From Candidatus Kapaibacterium sp. (GTDB lineage Bacteria > Bacteroidota > Ignavibacteria > Kapaibacteriales > UBA2268): 64,000 nucleotides of DNA. The stretch's first letter is position 1. The number at the start of each line of letters is the position of its first letter. This document shows, piece by piece, positions 1 through 8,116 of the stretch. Both the position numbers and the translations under genes were made by a program. The stretch spans positions 1,600,001 through 1,664,000 of the forward strand of contig OY762428.1 in the NCBI GenBank assembly GCA_963665665.1, written 5' to 3'. A model generated the notes under the pieces. It was not told where the DNA came from and ran no database searches. It saw nothing but the letters and a program-made list of their open reading frames with translations.

Positions 1-376
1 TTACCAAAAACCATAGTCCTGTCCTTTTTTTTGATTCAAATACAAAAAACAGTTTGTCGTTTTCATCATTTTCAATCCCGATAATATGATGAAAATGGTT
101 TATTTCCCAATCAGTTTCTTTAGCAATTTTCTTATCGCCAAAATAACTATAATCCTGAAATTCGGTTTTTATTATTTCAGCATATAATTTATAATCTGTT
201 TCTCTATCACCTATCCATTTCTCAGTATAAAAACCATTTTCCTTGACAATATTCTCAATGTTATCAGGATCAGCAAGTATTTTTTCAATTAATAAACATT
301 TCTCTTTATCAATCTCTTTGCATGACAAAGTAATAACTATAGGTATAAAACACATCATTATAACTATTTTTTTCAT
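1..376 (-). CDS. Putative lipoprotein, 3' end runs off the window
   Basis: Read manually: ATG at 376 with upstream GGGGAG; MKKIVIMMCFIPIVITLSC-KEIDKEK (lipobox-like TLSC); open to position 1. Not in the ORF track because it is truncated. Confidence 0.7.
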   Translation of the reverse strand, partial: MKKIVIMMCFIPIVITLSCKEIDKEKCLLIEKILADPDNIENIVKENGFYTEKWIGDRETDYKLYAEIIKTEFQDYSYFGDKKIAKETDWEINHFHHIIGIENDENDKLFFVFESKKRTGLWFLV

Positions 377-561
377 AATTCGCTCCCCGTGTCGCAGTCG
401 TTTATTCATTTTAGCAAATATAATAAATCATTTATTAATTGAATAACATAATTATTTAATAAACCGTTAATTATTGAACTAATTACATCTAAACTTGTCC
501 TCGTTGTAGAATACTGTAATTGGCAATTGGCAGCTACGGCCAGCCCCAATGGTTTCTTCCG

Positions 562-712
562 GGGCTGTCTCAAAAGTTGAAAAACTGTTATTTCCCGACA
601 GGCCGGGATCTTCGACTGAGCGCAGCGAAGAATCTATAACCCGCATGAATACTGGATTCTTCACTTCGTTCAGAATGACAAATCGTAAATATTTCGAATA
701 AAGAGACATCCC
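562..712. mobile_element. MITE-like element with GGGCTGTCTC...GAGACATCCC terminal inverted repeats carrying a REP-like palindrome (copy A)
   Basis: 9/10 terminal IR. Internal CTGAGCGCAGCGAAGAATC...GATTCTTCACTTCGTTCAGAATGAC. Close homologue at 49599-49728 and a partial inverted copy at 38694-38797. Confidence 0.75.
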
Positions 713-914
713 GATTTATCCAACAAAGTTAAACTTTGAAAAATTCCGAAACAAAGCTTCTGCGGAAAGCTGCATTGCGGAGTACAACTTCGCAATGAGA
801 AGAAAAGTTGAGTTCGATTCAGATGCAGATTCTGTAACAATCTTCAGAATAATACTTCCTTTATAAATCCAATAATTCTTTAGATATTTTTAGCCCCTAA
901 ATAAAAATACATAA

Positions 915-946
915 ACACCTTTCCCGTATATCTTCGGGAAAGGTGT
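915..946 (-). terminator. Stem-loop downstream of the NmrA-like gene
   Basis: ACACCTTTCCCG / CGGGAAAGGTGT perfect 12-bp stem with T-rich tail on the minus strand. Confidence 0.7.
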
Positions 947-998
947 AATATTTCGAACAACTTCCTGCTTTCAATAATTATCTAATGAAAAACAACGA

Positions 999-1841
999 TT
1001 AAATTTTATTATCTATATACTCATCAAAAGGCAGGGGTTTTCTGCCGATAATTTTCTCAACATCATCAGTAACTCCGGCTGTATATCCAGCACTTACAGT
1101 TCCGTATAAGGCACACATCATTTCAACTGAAGGCTCCGGCATTCCATTGTCCAGTGCGCCCTGCTTCATATCTTCCATACTTAGTTCAACATAGCTTATA
1201 TTCTTCCCTGATATTTCGGAAATAATAGCTGCAACTTCATAATGATCCAGTATATCCACACCTGTCAGATTATAAGCCTGCCCTTTGAAATTCTCAATAT
1301 TATTAAGAATTGCATTTGCACAATCTGCAATATCATCCACGGCAATAAAACTTGTTTTCCCTTTGCCTGCAGCCAGAAATATTCCGTTTTTATGCTGAAT
1401 CATAGGTGCTATAAATCCGGCTGTAAAGTTTTCCATGAAGAAATTCGGCCTGATAATAGCATAATCGATTCCGCTTTTCATCAAATGCTGCTCTACTTTA
1501 TAAAGTCCGGAATCAGGAGCCATGTCTATGCCAAGAGCTGTATTCAGAAGAATAAAATTAACACCAGATTCGATTGCAGTATCAATAAAAGGTATAAGCT
1601 TTTGATCAGAAAAAGGATCCATTGAGGGGGCAACAAGAGATACTGAATCAACATCCTTTAGAACCTCTCTGAATTGAGCGGGTTGTTCATAATCAAATTT
1701 TACAGGGGTCAAATTCTGTTTTTTCTCAATTTTATCAATATTTCTACCTGCTGCAAAAACATTGTTGCCACTTTCAGCTAATTTTGCAGAAACTTTACTT
1801 CCCAGGTTACCAGTTGCTCCTGTTACCAAGATATTCTTCAT
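999..1841 (-). CDS. NmrA-like NAD(P)-binding SDR family oxidoreductase
   Basis: N-terminal ILVTGATGNLG Rossmann motif; IIRPNFFMEN; SFIAVDDIA. Confidence 0.9.
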   Translation of the reverse strand: MKNILVTGATGNLGSKVSAKLAESGNNVFAAGRNIDKIEKKQNLTPVKFDYEQPAQFREVLKDVDSVSLVAPSMDPFSDQKLIPFIDTAIESGVNFILLNTALGIDMAPDSGLYKVEQHLMKSGIDYAIIRPNFFMENFTAGFIAPMIQHKNGIFLAAGKGKTSFIAVDDIADCANAILNNIENFKGQAYNLTGVDILDHYEVAAIISEISGKNISYVELSMEDMKQGALDNGMPEPSVEMMCALYGTVSAGYTAGVTDDVEKIIGRKPLPFDEYIDNKI

Positions 1842-1886
1842 TGTTTTATCCTTTTGTTATTTAAAAATGTATCCAAATGTCTGGTA

Positions 1887-1894
1887 CAAAATTA
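1887..1894 (-). promoter_or_regulatory. Bacteroidota-type -7 promoter element (TAATTTTG)
   Basis: Matches TAnnTTTG ~45 bp upstream of the NmrA-like start. Confidence 0.4.
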
Positions 1895-1952
1895 AATATT
1901 CGTCAGACGCTGATAAAGGTAACAAAAGGACTATGGATGGTAAATTTCGGAA

Positions 1953-2825
1953 TCAATAGTTAAACAGGCTTTCCCGGAATTGCATTGGCGGGCTTCCCGT
2001 ATGTTTTTTAAAATACTTTACCATATTTGTCGGTTCATCAAACCCTGTCTGATATGCTATCTCCTTCACAGTCATTTCAGTATATGAAAGCAGTCTTTTT
2101 ATTTCCAGAATATTTCTGCTGTCAATAATTTTTTTTGGTGTCCTGCCAGTACAAAGCTTAACAACTTTTGTCAGAGTTTTATCAGACACATTCAATTTAT
2201 CTGCATATCCGGCAACACTGATTTTATTTCCAAGATTATCTTCCAGTAAATCCTCAAATCTACTAAACAGTTCAAGTGAATCAGAGCATGAAACCACCGA
2301 TAGATTTCTTTTTGCCCGTTCAAGGTTAATTAATAACTGACTGAGTATATTTTTGAGTATATGTTCCTTACCAAAATCAGGTTTCCTTTCCTCTTCAAGC
2401 TTCAAATTATGTACTATTGAAAGGATCATATCAACATCATAATCGTTTCTTTCAATAGCCAGCGGTTGAATTTCCGAGTTAAACAGCAGGAAATCGCGGA
2501 AAAACCTGAAATTTGACTTCGATTTAAAAAGGAAATCTTTGGTGAATAATATGGCATGCCCCTTCACTTCGGGATTTTCCCGAAACATTTGAACCTGATT
2601 AATTCCAATAGGAATAATAGTTCCTGACTTATAGTTAATTTCCTGAAAATCAACGATATGCTTACCTGCTCCCTTAGTAAAAATCAATATCTGATAGAAC
2701 CTGAGCTTATGTGGCAATACAGCAATATCAGTATTTTTTACAACTATGTGGTCAATATCAACAATTTCAAATTGTATTTCAGGTTCATGGCTTTTCAAAA
2801 AATCATACTCTTCAATCGATTTCAT
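1953..2825 (-). CDS. AraC family transcriptional regulator
   Basis: N-terminal cupin-like sensor (PHKLRFYQILIFTKGAGKHIVDF); C-terminal HTH signature TVKEIAYQTGFDEPTNMVKYFKKHTG. Confidence 0.93.
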   Translation of the reverse strand: MKSIEEYDFLKSHEPEIQFEIVDIDHIVVKNTDIAVLPHKLRFYQILIFTKGAGKHIVDFQEINYKSGTIIPIGINQVQMFRENPEVKGHAILFTKDFLFKSKSNFRFFRDFLLFNSEIQPLAIERNDYDVDMILSIVHNLKLEEERKPDFGKEHILKNILSQLLINLERAKRNLSVVSCSDSLELFSRFEDLLEDNLGNKISVAGYADKLNVSDKTLTKVVKLCTGRTPKKIIDSRNILEIKRLLSYTEMTVKEIAYQTGFDEPTNMVKYFKKHTGSPPMQFRESLFNY

Positions 2826-3021
2826 TAAGTTACCCTGTAGAAAATCATGGTTAACATATTATATTCTTATACAAATTAGTAAAATAGCTTAATAAATACA
2901 TTCAAAATCCGTCAATTAAATTTATTTAACAGTTTTCATTCTTATATCAGAACATTGGAATGAAATTTGCGTTAATAAAAGAAGAGTTATAAGAAATAAT
3001 GGAATTATCACTAATATTTCT

Positions 3022-3029
3022 TATATTTG
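3022..3029 (+). promoter_or_regulatory. Bacteroidota-type -7 promoter element (TATATTTG)
   Basis: TAnnTTTG ~60 bp upstream of the TonB-family gene. Confidence 0.45.
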
Positions 3030-3090
3030 AAAAGAATATTTTAAACCATTAAAAAACAAATCGGATAGATTTGATTTATGGGGGGCTGAG

Positions 3091-3876
3091 ATGTATAAAT
3101 CAACAAGGCACGAAAACGAATCAAGCCTTAATTTTAAATTACCTTGGGACAAAAATACCGCGAGGGGATTCGGTATTGCCGTCCTGACTACTTTTTTTAC
3201 AATATTTATTGCTGATTATTTCAACCTGATAGACAATGAAGTACATGTTAGAACCATAGAAATCAGATCTATACCAATCGAGCTATTAAATTGGGGAGAC
3301 GGTGACGGTACAGGAATGAGTGCAGGAAACTTGCAGGATGAGGGAAAAAGACACAAGGGCAATGAACCCAACAGTGTTCTTGAAGATGCTAAGATTGCAG
3401 CTAAAACTAAAAGAAGTAATACATCATCCAATACAGATATAGACAGGGCTACTGATTTCAAACCTGTTAGCGAGTTATCTTCAAACGAAAATTCCGAAAG
3501 CTCTGAAAAAGGAGAGTCAACGTCGAATATCGGTTCCAAAGACGGTGATCCTAATGGTACAGGCCTTAAAGATAAAGGCTTCGGAAAAGGTGCAGGCAAC
3601 GGATTTGGAGATATAGAATGGGGCGGCGGCGGCAATCGTACCGTATTAACAAAGATTGTCCCCAAAATGCCTCCGGGTGTAAACAGAACAGCTTCTATAA
3701 AGATTAAATTCTGGGTTCAGCCTGACGGAACTATTCGTAAAATGATTCCGCTTAAAAAAGCAGATCCGAGAATTGAAAAAGCTGCTATGGACGCACTTAG
3801 AAGATGGCGTTTCAACAAATTGGACGACAATCGCGAAATGGTCGGGATAATTCCTTTAACTTTCCGCCTGAGGTAA
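3091..3876 (+). CDS. TonB family energy transducer
   Basis: Single N-terminal TM helix, Gly/Ser-rich linker, TonB_C-like end (IKIKFWVQPDGTI...EKAAMDALRRWRF...GIIPLTFRLR). Confidence 0.8.
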   Translation: MYKSTRHENESSLNFKLPWDKNTARGFGIAVLTTFFTIFIADYFNLIDNEVHVRTIEIRSIPIELLNWGDGDGTGMSAGNLQDEGKRHKGNEPNSVLEDAKIAAKTKRSNTSSNTDIDRATDFKPVSELSSNENSESSEKGESTSNIGSKDGDPNGTGLKDKGFGKGAGNGFGDIEWGGGGNRTVLTKIVPKMPPGVNRTASIKIKFWVQPDGTIRKMIPLKKADPRIEKAAMDALRRWRFNKLDDNREMVGIIPLTFRLR

Positions 3877-3879
3877 GCA

Positions 3880-4050
3880 ATGGTTTTAGCTTTCATTGCC
3901 GGACTTCCGACTGTAGCAATTGTAATTATAGCTATTCTTGCTATAATGATACTTTTTATGATCTTTAAAAAGCTGATTAAATTTGCTATCTATCTTTCAG
4001 TTTTAATTATCCTCATAATAGTAATCAGCAAACTGCTTCAAATGCAATAA
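3880..4050 (+). CDS. Small 56-aa membrane protein (two hydrophobic segments)
   Basis: Read manually: MVLAFIAGLPTVAIVIIAILAIMILFMIFKKLIKFAIYLSVLIILIIVISKLLQMQ. Starts 3 nt after the tonB stop with GAGG upstream and ends right before the terminator. Confidence 0.7.
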   Translation: MVLAFIAGLPTVAIVIIAILAIMILFMIFKKLIKFAIYLSVLIILIIVISKLLQMQ

Positions 4051-4056
4051 AAATTT

Positions 4057-4096
4057 AAAAGACTCTGATTTCCACTTTGAAATCAGAGTCTTTTTT
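4057..4096. terminator. Bidirectional intrinsic terminator
   Basis: AAAA-GACTCTGATTT / AAATCAGAGTC-TTTTTT between convergent genes. Confidence 0.85.
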
Positions 4097-4129
4097 ATAT
4101 CGTCCTAATTCTTACAATCTCTTCTTCAA

Positions 4130-5218
4130 TTAGCCCAAAGCATCAATACGTCTTTTTACAGCATCCATCATCATATCAGGAGTCAGGCTGTCTAAGCAGA
4201 AATATTCATTGTTTTTACATTTCGGGCTGAAGAAGCAGGTACATTCTTTTTGGGGCATAACTATCTCTCCCCTGCCGTAAAGCTCAAATTCATTCGGGTT
4301 AAATATATTATTCATCAGCACAAGCTGCTTTCTTAAAGCTATAGCAATATGCATTCCCATCGTTACGGCGGATACTATCACATCGCACTGGTTCATCAGG
4401 GAAATAAAAACAGGCAGTGGGAAGTAACCGAGATATTCGGCTCCTGTCTGTTCGGCATAAAACCTGTTCTTATCATCTTCCTGAGGCCCGCCAAGCAAAA
4501 GCGGATAAAAGCCTTCAGATTGAATTTTCCTGATCAACTCAACCCAATAGTCATCTTTCCATAGCCGGGAAGTCCAGCGCGCTCCGCAGCCCGTATTCAA
4601 ACCTATTATTTTCTTCCCTTTGCTTTGAATATCCCATTCGGCGCTTTCATCGAATTCAATTACATATTCCTGTCCTTTGAATTTCCAACCCATTATTTCA
4701 AAGATTTCCTCCATGTAATTCTTTTTATTGGACTGGTTAACATCATCAAAAAGACCGGTAATAAATTTATCCCTCGATGCTGAATCGATAGGGGCAGGCT
4801 TTCCGTTAATCAAAGTATATCCGATTTTCCTGTCAGCCTTTGTCATATTGGTAAGGGCGCAGGCATAATCATCTTTGTCAAGATTAATAAGTAGGTCAAA
4901 TTCAGTTGCCTGCAAAACGAGCAAAGCCTCGGGACCAAATTTTAATACCTTTTCAACAGTTGACGGAACAACTTCAGGCGTTAAAGTCAGCCACCAAATT
5001 GAGTATCCGGGATATTCCAATCTGAATTTTTCAAGCAGCGGTGTTGTTCTTATAACATCTCCGATAGCACCAAGTTTAATTATTAATATTTTACCCTGCT
5101 CCTGGCAATAATCCGGACAATCCTCGCAGTGATATCCCTTTGTTTTGTGAGGATTGCATGGAATATGCCCTCTGAAGTACTTACAATCAGATTTGTATTT
5201 AATATTTTCAAACTGCAT
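4130..5218 (-). CDS. Glycosyltransferase family 9 (LPS heptosyltransferase-like) with Cys clusters
   Basis: KILIIKLGAIGDVIRTTPLL GT9 motif; second domain ...TMGMHIAIAL; N- and C-terminal Cys clusters. Confidence 0.88.
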   Translation of the reverse strand: MQFENIKYKSDCKYFRGHIPCNPHKTKGYHCEDCPDYCQEQGKILIIKLGAIGDVIRTTPLLEKFRLEYPGYSIWWLTLTPEVVPSTVEKVLKFGPEALLVLQATEFDLLINLDKDDYACALTNMTKADRKIGYTLINGKPAPIDSASRDKFITGLFDDVNQSNKKNYMEEIFEIMGWKFKGQEYVIEFDESAEWDIQSKGKKIIGLNTGCGARWTSRLWKDDYWVELIRKIQSEGFYPLLLGGPQEDDKNRFYAEQTGAEYLGYFPLPVFISLMNQCDVIVSAVTMGMHIAIALRKQLVLMNNIFNPNEFELYGRGEIVMPQKECTCFFSPKCKNNEYFCLDSLTPDMMMDAVKRRIDALG

Positions 5219-5240
5219 TAACCAACCCGTAAAATTTAAT

Positions 5241-6044
5241 TTAAAGCCTGTATTGAACTAAGAATCTGAATTGAAAATTGGAAACAAATGATTCTTCATA
5301 TTCTTTAGAAACTTTAGGTGTGAATAGCTCGCCTCTTTCCATCGGCTTTGGATTACCATTAGGATATTTCAGTTCTTCGTCCCGAAGCAAGAGATTCATC
5401 ATACTCAATGAACCACTTATATTCAGATACCATCTTTCATAAATCCTGCCTTCAATACCGAATTTTCCAAATCCTCCCAGCCGGAATGTTGCCTCTTTCG
5501 ACGGATGAATAATTGTTGTATCATTCCTTGGTACATTATTGTAATCAATGAAAACAGTATATTCATCACCATAAACAAATGTACCCATAGCATGAAGCCC
5601 TACAAAAAGTTTTGCCTCGGCCAGCGGAAATTCAATAAATGCCCAGTCAAGCCCAAGGCTGAATGTTGAAACTGTAACTTTATGCTTCAAACTGAACTCA
5701 ACCTCGTTATTATAAGGCAATCTTTGAGCCGAACTGTAAAAATATTGGTCGAAGCCAATCGGTATTCTAAATCTTTCCTTTTTATCGAGATAAGTCATAA
5801 ATTGAAGTGCAAAACCCGGCTGCGGGCCTCCGAACCCTCCGCCAACAACATCCGATTTAGTTGAATCTCTTTCAAATACAGGCAAACGGCCGGGATTGTT
5901 TCCAAGAATTTCTATTGTGGATATTCCAAATGCAACACTAAAACGATCCTGAAACTGAGCTTTTGTGTCTAACTTAAACAAGAAGAAAAATGATACAACA
6001 ATCATAAGCAAGGATAGCGGCAATCTAATTTTATTATTATTCAT
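5241..6044 (-). CDS. Outer-membrane beta-barrel protein
   Basis: Signal peptide; alternating amphipathic strands; C-terminal FRFLVQYRL. Confidence 0.65.
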   Translation of the reverse strand: MNNNKIRLPLSLLMIVVSFFFLFKLDTKAQFQDRFSVAFGISTIEILGNNPGRLPVFERDSTKSDVVGGGFGGPQPGFALQFMTYLDKKERFRIPIGFDQYFYSSAQRLPYNNEVEFSLKHKVTVSTFSLGLDWAFIEFPLAEAKLFVGLHAMGTFVYGDEYTVFIDYNNVPRNDTTIIHPSKEATFRLGGFGKFGIEGRIYERWYLNISGSLSMMNLLLRDEELKYPNGNPKPMERGELFTPKVSKEYEESFVSNFQFRFLVQYRL

Positions 6045-6062
6045 AAGTTTTACCCGTTGATA

Positions 6063-7184
6063 TTATATTCTTTCTTTTATACCATAGCTTTCATTTTTTA
6101 CATTATTCTTTGTGATAAGCTCACCTATTAACCCCATTGATATAAATTGCACGCCGACAATAATCAGAGCTATTCCGAACAGGGTAAGCGGCCTGTTACT
6201 GAGTGACGTTTTATTCATAGCCCATTCTATTGTAAGATATAGATCAATAATAAAACCTGTAATTGCAAACAAAGACCCGAATGTACCAAAGAAATGCAAA
6301 GGACGTTTCATATACCTCGTTGTAAAAAGCACCGTTAGCAGGTCAAGATAACCTTTCACCAGTCTGGTAATGCCATATTTTGATTTACCGTATTTACGTG
6401 CGTGATGATGAACCGGGATCTCCGTAACCCTGAACCCCGCCCAATTTGCGAGGGCAGGTATATACCTGTGCATCTCACCATAAACTTCAACATTTTTTAC
6501 AACATCTTTTTTGTATGCTTTCAAACCGCAATTATGGTCATGAAGCTTAACACCGCTTGTTTTTGAAGTAACGTAATTAAACAATTTTGAAGGCAGTGTT
6601 TTGGATATCGGATCTTTCCTGTTTTTCTTCCATCCGGAAACAAGATCGAATCCATCATTAAGCTTTTGTATCATTAACGGAATTTCAGCCGGGTCGTCCT
6701 GCAAATCGCCATCCATTGTAATTACATAATTTCCTTTTGCTTCATGAAAACCAACAGATAAGGCGGCAGCTTTTCCGTAATTCCTTCTGAATCTTATTGC
6801 CCTGAATTTTCTATTTCTTTTATTGATTTTTCTTATAACGGAAAAGGAATTATCCCTGGAACCATCATCAATAAAAATTACTTCATACCTGTTTTTGGTA
6901 TATGAATTCAATACATTTTCTATCGATTCTGATAATTCTATCAATGATTCTTCCTCATTATATATTGGTATCACAACAGATACAATTAGATTCTGAAATT
7001 TATCCGTATTTTTTGAATCTCTGTTTTCCCGGATATTCTTTGCTTTCCTGTCCTTATCATAATTTCTCGGTTTTCTTTCCCTAACGGTAGAAACATTCTT
7101 TTTCCTGCCGGAATTTATTCGCCCGCTAATATTTTTATTATCTTTTCTTTCCGAATAATCGGATTTTCGTTTTTCTGAACCCAC
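6063..7184 (-). CDS. Glycosyltransferase family 2 (ArnC/DPM1-like, polyprenyl-phosphate) with basic N-terminal extension
   Basis: VSVVIPIYNEE, IDDGSRD, RRNYGKAAAL, MDGDLQDDP, two C-terminal TM helices. Confidence 0.92.
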   Translation of the reverse strand: MGSEKRKSDYSERKDNKNISGRINSGRKKNVSTVRERKPRNYDKDRKAKNIRENRDSKNTDKFQNLIVSVVIPIYNEEESLIELSESIENVLNSYTKNRYEVIFIDDGSRDNSFSVIRKINKRNRKFRAIRFRRNYGKAAALSVGFHEAKGNYVITMDGDLQDDPAEIPLMIQKLNDGFDLVSGWKKNRKDPISKTLPSKLFNYVTSKTSGVKLHDHNCGLKAYKKDVVKNVEVYGEMHRYIPALANWAGFRVTEIPVHHHARKYGKSKYGITRLVKGYLDLLTVLFTTRYMKRPLHFFGTFGSLFAITGFIIDLYLTIEWAMNKTSLSNRPLTLFGIALIIVGVQFISMGLIGELITKNNVKNESYGIKERI

Positions 7185-7240
7185 TAATTGCCCCTTATGA
7201 CAATATTAACAAGATAAAAGAAGAAAAATTTCATTTTATT

Positions 7241-8002
7241 TTAATTTTTTATCAAATTGATTCTTTTTCTTATCATTCCGGATTTCTTTAACACTATAAT
7301 ATAAAATCCTTTATCAAGATTATTAATATTCAGATAAGAACTTTCTAATTCAACCAGGTCAGTATCAATTTTTCTGCCATTCAGGTCGAAAATATATAAA
7401 TCAACATCACTTATTTCATTTTCAAAAAATATCATATCATCCGCAATTACGGAAATATTCTCATCTATTACGTTCTTTCTATCAACGATACCTGTAGGTA
7501 CTTTATTATATTCTATTGAGATTTTAAATTTGTCGAGAAATTCATTCCCTACTTTAACCATTTTATTTTCTATCATATCAACTGTAAGAATACTACCGTC
7601 AATAGCGTCGCTTATTGTAGCATTTTTTACATAAGCCGGATCGAGATCCCATGATATTGTTATAGTATCAGCTCCGAATACAACACCAAGATAATAATCT
7701 ACTTTATATGTATCGTCATCAGGCAAAGAATCAACAGGAGCCCTAAAATCCTTATATGACAAAACGGTCGGGCTAATATAAAAAGCGCCCTGAAGCTGAC
7801 TTGGGGCAAAATTTGGAAATTCGAACTCGCCGTATACTGTATCTATTCCATCGGTAGCATCTGGCATTATTCCAAAGATACATTGCTCGAAATGATCATT
7901 ATTATTATTATCCAGAATTATCTTATTTGTTATTTCCTGGGATAAACCGAGCGACTGGCTAAGAACTATAAGCGCCGATATTGCAATTAATAATCTTTTC
8001 AT
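7241..8002 (-). CDS. Small T9SS cargo protein (ATDG-type domain + CTD)
   Basis: Signal peptide; FGIMPDATDGID domain; CTD IFDLNGRKI...LDKGFYII...INLIKN. Confidence 0.8.
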   Translation of the reverse strand: MKRLLIAISALIVLSQSLGLSQEITNKIILDNNNNDHFEQCIFGIMPDATDGIDTVYGEFEFPNFAPSQLQGAFYISPTVLSYKDFRAPVDSLPDDDTYKVDYYLGVVFGADTITISWDLDPAYVKNATISDAIDGSILTVDMIENKMVKVGNEFLDKFKISIEYNKVPTGIVDRKNVIDENISVIADDMIFFENEISDVDLYIFDLNGRKIDTDLVELESSYLNINNLDKGFYIIVLKKSGMIRKRINLIKN

Positions 8003-8065
8003 CTTCTGCTCCTTTTTAACATAAATAAATATAAGAAATTTTCCGGGAGTGGCGCTACTTTTAAT

Positions 8066-8097
8066 AAAAAACGGGCAACCACTAAGGTTGCCCGTTT
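8066..8097 (-). terminator. Intrinsic terminator after the 1047-aa T9SS gene
   Basis: ACGGGCAACC / GGTTGCCCGT stem with T-run on the minus strand. Confidence 0.85.
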
Positions 8098-8116
8098 AAA
8101 AATAAATCTTTTCAGA

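Noticed and set aside
479-709. 76-aa ORF (VILNEVKN...), and likewise 36711-36917 and 49709-50053 (CHSERSEES)
   Set aside because: Spurious translations of the REP-like repeat family
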